45,008 bases of DNA from Candidatus Brocadiia bacterium (GTDB lineage Bacteria; Planctomycetota; Brocadiia; SM23-32). Location of the stretch: positions 1 to 45,008 of the forward strand of contig JBKHIT010000039.1 of assembly GCA_046538485.1 (NCBI GenBank). The letters are read 5' to 3'. Below are positions 19,467 through 31,797 of this stretch, piece after piece. Positions within the stretch are counted from its first letter, which is position 1, and each line of letters starts with the position of its first letter. The notes beneath the pieces were generated by a model. It did not search any database. It saw nothing but the letters and a program-made list of their open reading frames with translations, and was not told where the DNA came from. A program made the position numbers and the translations under genes.

Positions 19467-22400
19467 TCACCTCTTTGCAGGCACAAACCGCATCAAAAGA
19501 GCTTCTTCCGCGGGCACGTTCACGCGAAAGAGGACCGGGTCTCCCCCCGTCACATTGTCCTGCTTGAACGACACCCTTCGGCAATCGTCTGGGTTTTCCG
19601 AACTTAATGCAAATGCACGAAACGGGCCGTTCCCGAGATGCAGCTCCACATCGGCAAATCCCGATTCCCGGTTCCAGTTGAGAAAAACCAGACTCTTTTC
19701 CGCTTTTCCATGCGAGAACATGTAAGCTTCAATCCGCTTGCCGTACGTATCCACCCGGAGAGCCCTCTTATCACCCAGCATATCGTCCAGCACCTTTGAT
19801 AACTCACGGTCAAAACTACGATCATGTTCCCACTTGATGAAATCGCGGTCGAGATAACGCGCGGAACCTTCCGCCTTACCGGACGCAATCAGGTCGGCGA
19901 ATGCCGCTTTTTCATAAGGCCGCCCGACTTCATCCACCTCGCCCGGGTTCTGGGCAATCAATACTTTCGCTCCGGCCTTGTGCGCAGTTTTCACCTTTTG
20001 AACCGCCTGTTTTTTCACCGAGTATGGGAATGGCAAGAAGAGCAAGTCATATTCGCCGAGCCTTTCGAGATCCTGAGGTTGGTCGAGATAGTAGACATCG
20101 TATTGATAGCTATTTCGATTGAGGAAATCCGTCATCGCGCGGGCAGTCCAGAAGCCGCGCTTTGCCTCCGGATTCCATCCCAACCAGCACGTACCGTGAT
20201 TGTTGTCCCACCAGTCCTCGCTGGCGCGCGAGACCAGAACGGCGATTGACCGGACCGATTCGGCGGAGGTCACCCCGCATTTTTCAAGCGCTCGCATAAA
20301 GGCGAATTCCCGCACACGATACGGACGGCTTTTCTGCATCTTGATGTAGTTGTACCTGTAATAAGCGACCCACCGCGCCCCCAGAAGCACTGATTGAATG
20401 CCGGGCAAGACGGAACGCGGCACCCAGACTTCCATGCACGCACGCCGATCGGGATCCGCGGCCGCATACCGTCGTGTGGCCTTGTTCTGATAATCAGTAC
20501 CAAAATAATCCAAATCCGCAATGTGTCCGATCACGTCGTAAGCAAGACAGTACGTCATCCGGTTGTTGCCGGATATTGGATGCGATCCTATGACGCAGAA
20601 ACTCTCGCAGTCAGGATTGATCCTTTTCATTTCTTCGCTGTAGCTGTGCAGCCGCCCGGCAAGTTTTTCATACGAGCTCACGGTCCAGCGTTTGTAATTG
20701 ACGTCATGCCCCCAGATCGAGCCCGGAAGTTCCGCGTCTTCCCCCCAGCGTTCTCGAAATTGCTCCCGCGCCGGGTGGTCATCCGGGAGACCTTTGCTGG
20801 TGGGATAGCTGCGCCCGAAATAGGCCTCGTCCGCCGTGACACTGATCCCATCGACTCCCCGTGCGGCGATTTCCCTGACAAATGCCATATAAGCATCCTG
20901 ATCTCCGGGCCCGATGTAACAGGGGAAAAACAGCTCTCTCCGACAGATGACGTAGACTTTCAGCCCTGCTTCGTGCAAAGCATCCACAAATTCCTGCAGA
21001 AGATCTCGCTGGTTGGGAAGTTCTTTTACCGTCCTGGGAGCGAGAATCGGTTTGGTTTCCGCCTTCTCTTTCTTACGTTCTTGCAATTCGGTATCCAGCT
21101 CTTCCCTGGCATCCTCCCCCTCAACTCCAGGCTTCGGCCGCGTTTCCGCACGCCGTTTCTCAAAATAGCTGTCGTTCGTGAAAGACTCGAAGTTTTTGCT
21201 CGGCCAGAACGCTTCGTTTGTCGCCTCCAGAAAGAGCAGAACCCCCGTCGCCCCCATATCCTTTATATCTCGGACGGTTTGCTGAAACCTCTCCCGCTCG
21301 GCCAGAGGTGTATCCGACAGGCCGGCTTCGGTTGTTCGAATCCCGAACATCCAGAGATCAACGGTGACGCAGTTCATGATTTCCGATTCCGGAACGACCT
21401 GACCCCATTCCATCTCTTTTTTCTCGGTAAGGCTGACGACAGGAGGCCCGGGGCTCGGGGGCTCACAAGGCTTTGTCTCTGCAAGCAACCCGGCGCTTTC
21501 CGGCGAGGCATAAATCTCAAGCTCCCGCAGGGTCGGAGCGCTCTGCTCCCACCCGGTTCTGCCTTCAAGCGCCCGCAACTTGATGCTGTCGAGACGCGTT
21601 GGTGCAAATGAAACTCCCCGCCACGAATTGCTCGCGCCGTCAAAGGCATACCCCAGAATTGTCCTGAATTTGCCGTCACCACTGGTATCGGCATAGACGA
21701 GGTACCGCAATGCCCACAGTTTCCCCTGCCGGAACCGAAGCGACGAGACTTCGACAGGTCGAGAGAAATCGACCCGGAACACACCGTTTTTCGTCACGCC
21801 CCGTCGGAAAGCCGCCGATGTCTTCGGATCTCCATCGGCTATATCATAAATTGTGGATCCTACGGATGGCCGTGCGCTGATACGAGCGGATCTGGGGGCA
21901 ATATTGATCAGTTTCTCTGGGGGGCCGGGGCACACCGATACTTTTTCAATTTCAAAACCGCTGAGGCTGCTTTGTTTTTCATCGGTTTCCATCCCACCAT
22001 CGAGCAATCCATCCAGTTCCGAATCCTCTTTTGTTTTTTCGCCCAGTGGCGCCGGTTTTCCGTCGAGGAGAAGTTTTCCATCTTTCAATTTCAGTGGACT
22101 GTCCGGTTGGTTGATAGAAACCGCAGGGCCTGGAGGCGCTACGCTTACGCCGGCCGATCCCGGCGCAGCATTCTTCCCCCTTTTGGGTTCAAAAAGAACG
22201 CTGACAGCGTATAGGTCCGCGCCGTCCTGAGCGAAGAGCTTTACGGGCACGCGGTCCACGCCTTCGATGCGCCCCTTGACGTGGAGATCTTTCGAGCCGC
22301 GCCGGGGAACCCGCTTACGGGTCGTATGGATGACGCATCGGTCGTCGGGATCAGTCTTCCATTCGGGACGCGGTACACCAAAGACGAGTTTCTGGCCCTT

Positions 22401-23378
22401 TTTGAGCTTCAGGACTGTTTTTTCACCAATGAGAAGACCGGCCGAATGTAGATCGCTCGTAAAAGTTACCGATCCATTAACATCCAGGTTCAGGGGCGGA
22501 AGTACTCCTCCGGCTGCGATGCGACGGTTTCCTTTCCCAATAAGAGTTACCCAACCATCACTCGCTCTGACATAGGCTGACCCGGCCTGGTTCTTGATCG
22601 TTCCCTTGACCTTCACTTCTCCGTCAGGAGTAATTGCCGCCCGACCGTCGCCGGAGAAACGAATGTCGCTTTTCACGGAGACAACGGCCTGTTTGCCCAC
22701 GTGCAACTCCCCTCCTTCCAAAGTCAGATTGCCCGATACTTTGAGGTCTGTGGGGACTGATACCCGGTAAGGAAATTGGCTCGATCCCAACGTTAGATCA
22801 TCAAGCGTTTTTGCGGGGGCGTCCAGCACCAGCCCGTGGAAAACGCTTTCCATTACGAGAGTCGGCTGCCCTTCCAGCTGACCCGAAACGAGGAACCCAC
22901 CTGCATTGACCACAATTTTCGATCCGTCACCGACTTTCAAACGGCCCGTTTTCTCCACGACAAGACCACGGGGACGCTTTTTGTTGGCCATCAGATTGGG
23001 GCCATCGACGCTGTCGAGATAACCGGAATAGACCGTGAGTTCCGCCCCCCGTGCCAGCTCAAGCGCGCTGCCGTTTTTTATGAATAGCGATCCTCCGGCG
23101 GCCGCTTTGCCTTCAATGAGAGGCTGGTTGGCGAGCCCCGCCGGAATCACCACATCTCGTTTATCTCCAGATTCTGGCACCTGAGCTTCCGCCCAGTTGG
23201 CCGGCAGTTTCCACGCCCGAGGAGCCTCCTCCGCCCCGCCCTGCCAGCGATGGGGCCCGGCTGCAAACGCACAGGCGGCCGCAAACATTGAAATGAACGC
23301 GACGAGGCAAAACCCCCGGGCCTTTGAATCGCTTGTGGTCGTGGAAGGCATAGAAAAGCCAGATGGAAAAGTGGTCAC
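19467..23378 (-). CDS. Large secreted multidomain protein (discoidin/CBM-like domain, GH-like barrel, beta-galactosidase trimerization-like domain)
   Basis: Signal peptide, DGDPKTS..LRELEIY, and a C-terminal half sharing VDLWM.GIR and SRASEDWW with 25108-27321. Confidence 0.65.
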   Translation of the reverse strand: MTTFPSGFSMPSTTTSDSKARGFCLVAFISMFAAACAFAAGPHRWQGGAEEAPRAWKLPANWAEAQVPESGDKRDVVIPAGLANQPLIEGKAAAGGSLFIKNGSALELARGAELTVYSGYLDSVDGPNLMANKKRPRGLVVEKTGRLKVGDGSKIVVNAGGFLVSGQLEGQPTLVMESVFHGLVLDAPAKTLDDLTLGSSQFPYRVSVPTDLKVSGNLTLEGGELHVGKQAVVSVKSDIRFSGDGRAAITPDGEVKVKGTIKNQAGSAYVRASDGWVTLIGKGNRRIAAGGVLPPLNLDVNGSVTFTSDLHSAGLLIGEKTVLKLKKGQKLVFGVPRPEWKTDPDDRCVIHTTRKRVPRRGSKDLHVKGRIEGVDRVPVKLFAQDGADLYAVSVLFEPKRGKNAAPGSAGVSVAPPGPAVSINQPDSPLKLKDGKLLLDGKPAPLGEKTKEDSELDGLLDGGMETDEKQSSLSGFEIEKVSVCPGPPEKLINIAPRSARISARPSVGSTIYDIADGDPKTSAAFRRGVTKNGVFRVDFSRPVEVSSLRFRQGKLWALRYLVYADTSGDGKFRTILGYAFDGASNSWRGVSFAPTRLDSIKLRALEGRTGWEQSAPTLRELEIYASPESAGLLAETKPCEPPSPGPPVVSLTEKKEMEWGQVVPESEIMNCVTVDLWMFGIRTTEAGLSDTPLAERERFQQTVRDIKDMGATGVLLFLEATNEAFWPSKNFESFTNDSYFEKRRAETRPKPGVEGEDAREELDTELQERKKEKAETKPILAPRTVKELPNQRDLLQEFVDALHEAGLKVYVICRRELFFPCYIGPGDQDAYMAFVREIAARGVDGISVTADEAYFGRSYPTSKGLPDDHPAREQFRERWGEDAELPGSIWGHDVNYKRWTVSSYEKLAGRLHSYSEEMKRINPDCESFCVIGSHPISGNNRMTYCLAYDVIGHIADLDYFGTDYQNKATRRYAAADPDRRACMEVWVPRSVLPGIQSVLLGARWVAYYRYNYIKMQKSRPYRVREFAFMRALEKCGVTSAESVRSIAVLVSRASEDWWDNNHGTCWLGWNPEAKRGFWTARAMTDFLNRNSYQYDVYYLDQPQDLERLGEYDLLFLPFPYSVKKQAVQKVKTAHKAGAKVLIAQNPGEVDEVGRPYEKAAFADLIASGKAEGSARYLDRDFIKWEHDRSFDRELSKVLDDMLGDKRALRVDTYGKRIEAYMFSHGKAEKSLVFLNWNRESGFADVELHLGNGPFRAFALSSENPDDCRRVSFKQDNVTGGDPVLFRVNVPAEEALLMRFVPAKR

Positions 23379-24148
23379 AGCTCAAACCCTCCCCCGTCCG
23401 GAACGTACGTTTGGTTCCACCACCGGTACCACCAATCGCCGTCACTCTCGACATTGCGGAAGCAGTAAGCGGTAAGAACCCGCTTCGTCGGATGCCCGGA
23501 CCCATACCGCCAGTCCCCCGGAGTCGAGAGCCACCACCTGTCGTCGGCAGCCATAAGCGGGTCGGGATAATGCACGGCCCGTCCCTCCATGAAAGACACA
23601 TTATGCCCGCCCATGTGTCGCATATCCCGGCGACCCCAGCTTCTATACCAATCTCCCCAGGTTGCCAGGTAATGGCGTGTAGGCATATGCTCAAAAAATG
23701 CAATCTTCCATGAAGGCGCTTTATAGTTTGCCACATTTCTTCGCGCGCTGATTTCAGTGTAGCCCCAATCTCCCGGTCTTAGCCTGTTTGTATCCCATAT
23801 TAAGCCATAGCTTGCATTCCAATGAGCTTGCCCCCGCTCAACATTGTACTCAGGGTTACCATCATCAGAAGGGCACCAGTATACATTGCTGCTACCATCA
23901 CCCGGCTTCTGGTCCAGATATCCCGCCAACTCCTCTTCTTGATACCAGTGATATACGGTGGGCAAATAACCGGCATTGTCATGCCTGTACATTAAGTGGA
24001 CCATTGATAGCTGCTTGTGGTTACCGAGACAACTGATTGACCGTGCCGCTTCGCGTGCTCGTTCCAGAGCTGGCATCAGCATCGCCGCAAGGATTGCTAT
24101 AATCGCTATGACGACCAGAAGTTCGATCAGCGTGAACGCTTTTCTCAT
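23375..24148 (-). CDS. Prepilin-type N-methylation protein (DUF1559-like, H-X9-DG variant)
   Basis: [54 protein letters not shown]. Confidence 0.9.
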   Translation of the reverse strand: MRKAFTLIELLVVIAIIAILAAMLMPALERAREAARSISCLGNHKQLSMVHLMYRHDNAGYLPTVYHWYQEEELAGYLDQKPGDGSSNVYWCPSDDGNPEYNVERGQAHWNASYGLIWDTNRLRPGDWGYTEISARRNVANYKAPSWKIAFFEHMPTRHYLATWGDWYRSWGRRDMRHMGGHNVSFMEGRAVHYPDPLMAADDRWWLSTPGDWRYGSGHPTKRVLTAYCFRNVESDGDWWYRWWNQTYVPDGGGFEL

Positions 24149-24248
24149 TTTGCCCCAGTTCCTCAGTCAATGGATAGAATTGGAGTTAGCCCTTTGTCGC
24201 ATAGTTCAGTGCGGCTACCTTCCGGCGTCCGCAGGTAGTATTTCCGCC

Positions 24249-25039
24249 TTAACCGTCAAGTTCATTCTGCCAGTAGTTTATCAGGCTCCATCCACCTCCG
24301 GCTCCGGTGTACCAACCAGCGAGGCCCGTGAGCTCATTGTAGTAATTTGGTGGATCGTTCAAAAACTCGTTGTGATCCCAACGGACGTGTCCTCCATAAT
24401 ATAGCACTTCGATTCCGTCGCGATGACTCGGGGGGAACCGGTAGAATCTCCGGTCCACAAAAGTGTATCGGCGGAGGCTACCAGATTTCCCATTGATTCA
24501 AGCCGGACGCCATCTGTGGGATCAGGTCGACCGGTCCATTCATAATACAGTGGGTTGCGATGGTCATAGCCCATCAAAGCCGCACCAGGCGGCGAGCTCA
24601 GGTCATCCCAATCGTTTCGATTGCAGGTAAAACCATCGCCCGGTCTACGTGCGGGACAGTACAGGAGTTGGGGCGTTTCCAACGATTTTCCAGTTATTAA
24701 CCGCCCATGTCCAATATACTGTGTAACCCCACCCCACATCGTCGGATAATGGAGGGAACAATATACGGTGCACGGAAAACCGTTCACACCCCAGTAGCTG
24801 GATTTGTCTCCGGTATAACCATCATAGTAATCGGGCGGAACTCCGTTGTAATCATTCGCATAGATTTGAATCCCGATTCCCTGTTGCCTCAGATTTCCCG
24901 AGCACAAAGACCGCCTCGCCGCCTCCCTCGCGCTTTCCAATGCCGGCATCAACATCGCAGCGAGGACAGAAATAATGGCGATTACAACAAGCAATTCTAT
25001 CAGGGTAAATCCCTCCACACTGGATACTTTTGCCATCAT
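24249..25039 (-). pseudogene. Prepilin-type (DUF1559-like) gene with +1 frameshift in a C6 run
   Basis: N-part [20 protein letters not shown]; the C-terminal [15 protein letters not shown] motif continues in another frame (ORF 24249-24458) across the run at 24430-24435. Confidence 0.8.
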
Positions 25040-25107
25040 CTTACACCTCATGATCGAAAATGAAGTGCCCCATCGGAGGCCATATGCAGAGCATAGCTTG
25101 GATCTTC

Positions 25108-27321
25108 TCATTTCTTCGGCTGAACTCTGATAAGTTTCACCTCGCCCGACGAAAGGGGAATCTCAAATCTCCGCAAAACTCCGCCACTCGGCGTCTCTTT
25201 GCCGCTGACCAAACCTTCGTTCAATCCATCTCCATTGCTGCTGCAGACGGCAAGCCGATACGCTCCTTCGGGCAAAGAAAGTCCAATTACGGGAGCAGCA
25301 GACTTTTCCTTCTCCCAGTTCGCCAGGTAAAGTATGTAATTCTTTGAATCGATCTTGCGAACCAAATACTCAACGCTGGCGTTCTTCGGATCGAAGTGAT
25401 AACCGGTCTCTCCAAGCATTTCCCGGATCGCCTTCAGGTTGCCAGCGCGAACCTTCTCGTCGTTACGATTCGCGGCCAGATTGACATCGCGATACTTAAC
25501 GTTCTTATCTTCAACCAATTCCTTAAGCAGCGGCTCTTTGTGTCTGACACCATACTGGTTCACCTCTCCCAGGCGATCAAATATCAGCAGGCGGGCCCCT
25601 TCGTCAACCGCCTTCCGTATCGCTCCAACGGCCGCATGGGACACCGCATAACCAAACGGTAAGATCAGCAGTCTATATTTGCTGAGATCTTCAAGTTGCT
25701 CGGGGTGGTCGGTGTACTTGACGTCATACTGGATCCCCCTCTCGATCAACAGTCCCTCGATCTGTCGGTGTGAAATTGGTCCGCGTAGCCGGTGTTCATT
25801 GATCTTCTGCTGACGTTTACTGGTATCCATGCTGCCTTTCTCTTCTCTGCCGCCCTCATACAACAGGTAAAAATCCTGCCGGCTCAGATCCTTTTTGTCC
25901 ATCAGGGACTCAACTCTCAACTGCCACCAATCCTCGGAGGCTCTGGAGAAGAGCACGCAGGTCTCCGCGGGAGACCCCGATTCCCCGATGCCCCACTTTT
26001 CCAGCAGGCGGATCATCCGAACGCCCCGTACGACATGCGGCCACCAGTCATTCGCATGCAGGTAATTGAGACGATAAGCGTCAATCTTGCGGGCGCCTGA
26101 CATAACAAAAGGCAGAATATAGCCGTAGAATCTCACCGGGAAATCGGAAGGGCGCGATTTGAAACTGAGCGACTGAATACTTCCCACAAGTTCCGCGTGG
26201 GGATAGGCGGCTTTCAACCTCCTTGCCAGGGCCGTGTATTTCCCCAATTCCAGTGGGACGGATCCGTAAAGCTGAACACCGGTGAAATTCTCACCCCGCC
26301 CAATCACATCCATCGCGCACCCGTGCTCCATACGTCTGTCCTTCATGATCGGAGGCGCGGGATTGGCGCTGGCAATCAGTTCCAGACCCGGTTTTACCTC
26401 TTTTAGTTCCACGGCAACTTCGTTGAATAATTCAGCTACCTTTTCATATTCGAACAGTTTCCATTTGCAGTAGTGTTCCAGTTCTTCCCCCGAAGATCCT
26501 CTTCCCATATCCTCCGGATACACCGGTTTCACCCCATCCGGGGCCTGCCGGGTGGCGTGTCCGACGGGTTTCGGAAACGTGTCGTAGCCGAAACGCTCCT
26601 TGAATTCCCTCCGGCAATGAACACAATCCAGATCCTTCAGATAGTGCCCCTTAAAGTAATATTCATCGGGCATCACATACACGCCGTCGATTCCCTGAGC
26701 AACAACTTCCTTCAGAATGCCGGTCCACTTGCTCTGAAAGTCGTCCTGACAAATGACACAGGGATACTCCTCCGTGTAATACTGGTCGTATCCCTTGCTG
26801 AATATGAAATCGCTTTGTTCGTACGGATAGCCCCAGCGCCGCCACGGCATCGGTGCCTGTTTGTCTTCTTTCTGTATCGGAGAAATCCAGGCGTGCAGGA
26901 AGATGTACGTTTTGTAGCCGTGGTGGTGCAGAGCGTCTATCAAAGGTTTCAGAATCTCCTTGCCGTAATCGGGACACAACTTGCTTTTCCAGGGCATTTT
27001 GTTCGCGCAGCAATACGTTTCGGGGAAGATTCTGACACCGGTGGCACCGACCGCTTTCAACTGTTCCAATAGCCCCCGGAACCCTTTTAATTTCTCGATA
27101 TCGGCGGGCAGATTGGCCCCTCCCCGGCGGATTCCCGCCATCCAAAGATCAATACATGGATTAAACTCTATCGACGGTTCATCGACCCGCGGCATGGGTG
27201 CCTGCTTTCCCGGTGTCACGCGGCTCACTCTTTCGCCCGCCCGGACCAAGCCGTTCACGGCAATTCCGACACAGACTGTCAGGCAAGCTAACAGCACTCC
27301 AAACCTCGATTTTTTGCGCAT
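25108..27321 (-). CDS. Secreted glycoside-hydrolase-like protein with trimerization-like C-domain
   Basis: Signal peptide, [22 protein letters not shown] and SRASEDWW; paralogous to the C-half of 19467-23378. Confidence 0.65.
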   Translation of the reverse strand: MRKKSRFGVLLACLTVCVGIAVNGLVRAGERVSRVTPGKQAPMPRVDEPSIEFNPCIDLWMAGIRRGGANLPADIEKLKGFRGLLEQLKAVGATGVRIFPETYCCANKMPWKSKLCPDYGKEILKPLIDALHHHGYKTYIFLHAWISPIQKEDKQAPMPWRRWGYPYEQSDFIFSKGYDQYYTEEYPCVICQDDFQSKWTGILKEVVAQGIDGVYVMPDEYYFKGHYLKDLDCVHCRREFKERFGYDTFPKPVGHATRQAPDGVKPVYPEDMGRGSSGEELEHYCKWKLFEYEKVAELFNEVAVELKEVKPGLELIASANPAPPIMKDRRMEHGCAMDVIGRGENFTGVQLYGSVPLELGKYTALARRLKAAYPHAELVGSIQSLSFKSRPSDFPVRFYGYILPFVMSGARKIDAYRLNYLHANDWWPHVVRGVRMIRLLEKWGIGESGSPAETCVLFSRASEDWWQLRVESLMDKKDLSRQDFYLLYEGGREEKGSMDTSKRQQKINEHRLRGPISHRQIEGLLIERGIQYDVKYTDHPEQLEDLSKYRLLILPFGYAVSHAAVGAIRKAVDEGARLLIFDRLGEVNQYGVRHKEPLLKELVEDKNVKYRDVNLAANRNDEKVRAGNLKAIREMLGETGYHFDPKNASVEYLVRKIDSKNYILYLANWEKEKSAAPVIGLSLPEGAYRLAVCSSNGDGLNEGLVSGKETPSGGVLRRFEIPLSSGEVKLIRVQPKK

Positions 27322-27390
27322 CCTCAGGTCCTTCCCAATTGCATTTCTTCTTTATCCAACGCCCGTGACGTCATTGCAGCTTTAGTGTCT

Positions 27391-28611
27391 CTAATCAGTG
27401 CCATTGGAGGAGACTTCCCCACTGACAGCATCAAGCGCGGTCGCCACAGCTCCCAAGCAAACTATATTCTGTCCAAGTTCGCTGAATATCAGGTCGGGAG
27501 TCTCCATTCGATTCGCGCATCCCGAAGCTTTCCATAATTCTTTGAGGCGGTCCTGTATCATGCGCCTCCCCCACTCGCCCGTTACGGCCCAGTCGCCCGT
27601 CAACACAAGCAACTCGGGATCAAAGAGAACTCCAGCTCTTTGAAATGCAAGTGCCAGCATCTCGGTCTGGCCTTTAATCAATTCCGTTGCATGGTCATCG
27701 CCTCTTCGGGCAGCCTCGCAAAGTGCGTCGATCATATCCGGCCGTGTTTCGAATTCCTGATGCGTCAGCCTGTGATCTTTTTCCTGAAGCGCCTTCTCAA
27801 GCCAGAGACTCTCCAGGAAAGGAGGTGGAAAGCTTCCTTTTCCTGTTTCTTCCGCATCCTCAGCGCTTGGTGCCGACAGTTCGCCGGCCGCGTTGTGGGC
27901 TCCCCGATACAGGACACCGTTGAGAACCAGTCCGCAACCCACCCAGCCCCGATCAAACAGGCAGACAACATGCTGAAGTCCCTGCGCCGCGCCAAAAACG
28001 AATTCCGCACGGGCCGCCATATTCGCATCGTTGTCCAGAAAAACCGGTCTCCCCAGTGCTTTTTCGAGCGCGGGCGCCAATTCCGTGCCCCTGGGAAGAA
28101 ACCCTCCGAAAGTTGCTCCCCCGTCCAGGGAAACATCACCGCATAGCCCCACTGCAATCCCACGTAATTTTTCAATATCGTCACCATTCAACTTTTCCCG
28201 GGCAAATTCTCTGACTCGACTGGCCAGGGACTCGGGTAATGGCGATGCCAGACTTTCCGTGGAAAAGACCTCGGCGTCGCAGACCTCTCCCTTGAAATCC
28301 GTAATAACAATTCGGGTCGTATAAGATCCCAGCTCGACGCCCACAAAGTAGGCGAACTCTCCGTTTACATCCACCAGTTTCGGCGGTCTTCCGACTCCGG
28401 CCTTCTCTTCTGACTGCCGCACAGTCACCAGGCGGTCGGAACGGAGGCTCCCAACGACCCGTGTGATTGTTCCGGATGGCACATCCAGAGCACGTGCAAG
28501 ATCGGCTCCCGAAAGCGGCCCCTCTGATCGTATGCAATCTAATACCGTGCGTCGATTCCGGCCATGAGCACTTCGAGTAGTCAGTATAGAAAGCGATTGT
28601 GAATCACGCAT
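27391..28611 (-). CDS. ROK family transcriptional regulator (NagC/XylR-like)
   Basis: N-terminal wHTH (LSGADLARAL..GRPP), GVELG, LDNDANMAARAE, and G.GLVLNG.LYRG..AGE motifs. Confidence 0.92.
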   Translation of the reverse strand: MRDSQSLSILTTRSAHGRNRRTVLDCIRSEGPLSGADLARALDVPSGTITRVVGSLRSDRLVTVRQSEEKAGVGRPPKLVDVNGEFAYFVGVELGSYTTRIVITDFKGEVCDAEVFSTESLASPLPESLASRVREFAREKLNGDDIEKLRGIAVGLCGDVSLDGGATFGGFLPRGTELAPALEKALGRPVFLDNDANMAARAEFVFGAAQGLQHVVCLFDRGWVGCGLVLNGVLYRGAHNAAGELSAPSAEDAEETGKGSFPPPFLESLWLEKALQEKDHRLTHQEFETRPDMIDALCEAARRGDDHATELIKGQTEMLALAFQRAGVLFDPELLVLTGDWAVTGEWGRRMIQDRLKELWKASGCANRMETPDLIFSELGQNIVCLGAVATALDAVSGEVSSNGTD

Positions 28612-28635
28612 ATATTAATTTCCTTCCGACTGAAG

Positions 28636-28664
28636 ATAATACTCCACTCTTCCCTTTTTGTCAA
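28636..28664 (-). promoter_or_regulatory. Sigma70-type promoter for the ROK operon
   Basis: Minus strand TTGACA-N17-TATTAT, about 25 nt upstream of the ROK ATG. Confidence 0.7.
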
Positions 28665-28986
28665 GACCATAATTGAGAATGGCCACCCAGCTATAACGAT
28701 TGATCGTTCCTTCCCCGCCACAACAATTGCCGAGATTTGTTCTGAATCTCGTGGCTTGTCAAAGCCGGTTTGAAACTGGCGGGGCGTTTTGAGTTCTCTT
28801 GCCAATTCAATCAATCGCGCCCCTGAACAGGGTACTCACACGCTCAGTGTCATCACAGACGTTCTTTCGATCTGCCTTAAATGCTGGCCGGGAAAAGGCT
28901 TATGCTTTCATGTTGCGAAATCCTTTCCAATAAAAGCATAATTAGGACATCGTAAACCGTACATCATATTTTTTGGAGTCCTTCAC

Positions 28987-30474
28987 ATGTCAGTTGATAC
29001 GAGTCGTGTACGTCGTGGGCTGGCCTTACTGCACGCGGAAGCTGTGTTCAGATGGGGCTGTGGTCTTGGGGCAACTGTGTTTGCCATATTTTCAATCCTC
29101 TCACTGGAATTTGGCTTGACCGCTCTGAGCGGTATGTTTTTATTTTTTACCGTTGGAACTGCTGCGTTGCTCTTCAAGGCTCGGCTCAGCTACCAACTCG
29201 AAAGCAGACATAAAGCGGAAAAACTGATTGAAAAATCTCTCAGCGAAAATGGCCTGGAACAATTCGATCTCGATGAGGCGCTCGAAGGCGCTTCGCTTCC
29301 GGAAGAGGAGGTCCAAAAAGCTGCCGAATCGGTTTATAAGGACGCGGTCGCTCAAAGTCTGAAGGATACGCAGGAAAGCCCCGAGGAAACGGCAAAATTG
29401 GACAAACTATGCGAGAAGCTGGAAATCGGCAAAGACGTATGCTCCCGGATCCGAAATGCGGCGAAAGAAAAGGTCTATTCGAAAGAACTGGATGAAAGGC
29501 TTTCGGACGGGAAACTGACCGAAAAAGAGCAGACGGAGATCCGTTTGCTCAGGACCTCTCTTGGGGTTTCCACTGAAAATGCCTACAAAGCCACCAGTAA
29601 CCAGGTCAAAAGGAATTATCGTCGCCTGTTCCACCGGTTTGTCGAAGACGGTCACCTGAGTCTGAAAGAACAAAAAATGCTCAGGCGGTTCCGTCAAAGC
29701 ACGGGCCTGCCCGCGTCGGAAGCGGCGCATGTAACCCGGGATGATGCTATCGATCTATACCGTCGCACCGTCCAAATGATCTGTCAGGATGGCCGGATAA
29801 CGGACGCTGAAAAAGGGAAAATCGAGACTCTGAAAGATATTCTTTCGATCCCGCTCCATGAAATTGAAAATCTCGACGAACGTCTGCAGCGAACGGAAGA
29901 ACTTGATAACATCCGACAGGGCCAGCTCCCGACTGTAGACGCCAACGGTCTGGATCTCGACAAAAGTGAAACATGCCGCTGGCGCGGGGAATGTACTTAT
30001 GAGTGGGAATCACACGGCCAGATTCACCGAGCTTTTGGTGAACTCGCGTTGACGGATGATCGGGTAATCTTCGCAGCACGCGATAAGGAATTTGATTTCC
30101 CTTTGAAACAGGTCCTGAATATCCGCCGCGATAGCGGGGTTGTGAACCTTGAACTAACAGGGCATCAGGGCGAAGGCCGCTACTCGGTGGGAAATCTGGA
30201 AAAATTAGAGGCTGTTCTCTGTGGTATTGTCAACAACTGGGACCAATCTCACCTCGCAAAATCTGATTCACGAAGCGAACGCCAGATTCCCGACGAGGTA
30301 AAAATCCGCGTCTGGCGTCGCGATGGGGGACGTTGTTCAAAGTGCGGCGCCACCGAAGAACTCGAATACCATCATGTTGTCCCCTGCTCAAAGGGCGGTT
30401 CAAACCGGGCCGAAAACGTCCGCATTATCTGCCGCTCCTGCCGTCGGAAAAAGAAAAGTCAAATCAGCGCATGA
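28987..30474 (+). CDS. Membrane-anchored protein with helical DG-x-(L/I)-T/S repeats and C-terminal HNH endonuclease domain
   Basis: Two N-terminal hydrophobic segments; VWRRDGGRCSKCG..EYHHVVP.SKGG.N..NV..ICRSC. Confidence 0.8.
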   Translation: MSVDTSRVRRGLALLHAEAVFRWGCGLGATVFAIFSILSLEFGLTALSGMFLFFTVGTAALLFKARLSYQLESRHKAEKLIEKSLSENGLEQFDLDEALEGASLPEEEVQKAAESVYKDAVAQSLKDTQESPEETAKLDKLCEKLEIGKDVCSRIRNAAKEKVYSKELDERLSDGKLTEKEQTEIRLLRTSLGVSTENAYKATSNQVKRNYRRLFHRFVEDGHLSLKEQKMLRRFRQSTGLPASEAAHVTRDDAIDLYRRTVQMICQDGRITDAEKGKIETLKDILSIPLHEIENLDERLQRTEELDNIRQGQLPTVDANGLDLDKSETCRWRGECTYEWESHGQIHRAFGELALTDDRVIFAARDKEFDFPLKQVLNIRRDSGVVNLELTGHQGEGRYSVGNLEKLEAVLCGIVNNWDQSHLAKSDSRSERQIPDEVKIRVWRRDGGRCSKCGATEELEYHHVVPCSKGGSNRAENVRIICRSCRRKKKSQISA

Positions 30475-30500
30475 GTCACTCTGCCCCCCGTCCCGCAAGG

Positions 30501-31634
30501 CTACGCTCCGGCGAGAGAAACGTCTGATTCGGCCTGCCGTTCGAGATTAATCCGTTCGATCGTGCGATACATCCCCACAATGTTCTCCAGCGGTATGTCC
30601 GATCCTAAAAGTTGACTGGGGGCGAAGATATACCGTCCGGTCTCGGCAAATGTCCCCACCACTTCTCGGACATGTTCTCCCACCTCTTGCAGGCTGCCAA
30701 ATGGCAACACGTTCTGTGTATCGATTCCCCCGTGAAACGTAATCGTGCCTCCGTGTTTTTCCGCCAGGGCCGCCGGATCCATGCCTTCTGCAGTCACCTG
30801 TATCGGATCCAGAATATCGACTCCCGCCTCGACCAGTAATGGTATGAGTTCGCTGATCGCGCCGCACGAATGCATCATGACTTTAAGATCGTATGAATGG
30901 GCCAACGCGCACAATTTCCGTATATTCTCGAAGAAAAAATCCGTCCACATCTCCGTGCTCATCAGCAGTCCGTTCTGACTTCCAAAATCGTTCCCAAAAA
31001 ACCAGATTTCGAAGTGTTCTTTCAGCTCCGAAAAATAGGCTTCATTCAGTTTAAGGTACATCTCGGTCATTCGATCGATCAAGGTATGGATGAGATCGGG
31101 ATTCACGGTCAGGTTCAGCAGGAACTTTTCGAAACCGTGCATCCGGTAGGCATCGCCCATAATTCCGGTCCACAGTCCCCCGATTCGCGTTCGATCCGCG
31201 TTCTTGACAGCTTCGGCGACCAGGGGAGAAAAATCGAAATCCGCCGGCTCGGGCCAGGAATAGTCCAAAACCTCACGCGCCGTGATCGACGGATCTTCAA
31301 ACGGCCCGCCGATCGCTTCGTCGACGCTGAACTTGCTGTCATAGGCCCCGCGGTGCCAGCGGATGCCCAGCGGGCAGACCCTCTTGCCGTCCGTCATCTC
31401 GGGCAGTTTCCCCTTATAAAAAGGCAAAAAGCCCTCATTTTGCGAGATGTCGCGTCCGGGCAGGTAAAAGAAATCACATCCCAGATGGTCGAGAAGTTCT
31501 TTTTCGCTCTCGGCATTGAGATATTCTTTCAAGCGAGCATCCGTTTCGCGGTCAGCCAAATAATCGACAGAAATTTTCATTTGTCGCTTTTGTCTATTTG
31601 AAGTTATGCGCTGGTTATCTATCCAACATGCCAT
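30501..31634 (-). CDS. URO-D family protein
   Basis: NDFGSQ, MHSCG, DILDPIQ, FHGGIDTQ.VLPFG and IPLENI motifs. Start uncertain (possibly 31580). Confidence 0.88.
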   Translation of the reverse strand: MACWIDNQRITSNRQKRQMKISVDYLADRETDARLKEYLNAESEKELLDHLGCDFFYLPGRDISQNEGFLPFYKGKLPEMTDGKRVCPLGIRWHRGAYDSKFSVDEAIGGPFEDPSITAREVLDYSWPEPADFDFSPLVAEAVKNADRTRIGGLWTGIMGDAYRMHGFEKFLLNLTVNPDLIHTLIDRMTEMYLKLNEAYFSELKEHFEIWFFGNDFGSQNGLLMSTEMWTDFFFENIRKLCALAHSYDLKVMMHSCGAISELIPLLVEAGVDILDPIQVTAEGMDPAALAEKHGGTITFHGGIDTQNVLPFGSLQEVGEHVREVVGTFAETGRYIFAPSQLLGSDIPLENIVGMYRTIERINLERQAESDVSLAGA

Positions 31635-31797
31635 TGGCGGAAAAAACTTTCAACAGCAGGCGAAACCGCCTCCACCCAGTGCCGTTAAGTCCTGTCTGCA
31701 GCTAAGCGATCCTGTATAAGTACCCTGAGGATTTGACAAAACGGTAAAATGCTTTCTTTTTCTTACGGCCTGCAAGACCGATTATGGCGTCAGCTAT

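Noticed and set aside
31733..31751. TTGACA...TAAAAT promoter-like sequence
   Set aside because: The spacer is only about 6-7 nt, incompatible with a sigma70 promoter.
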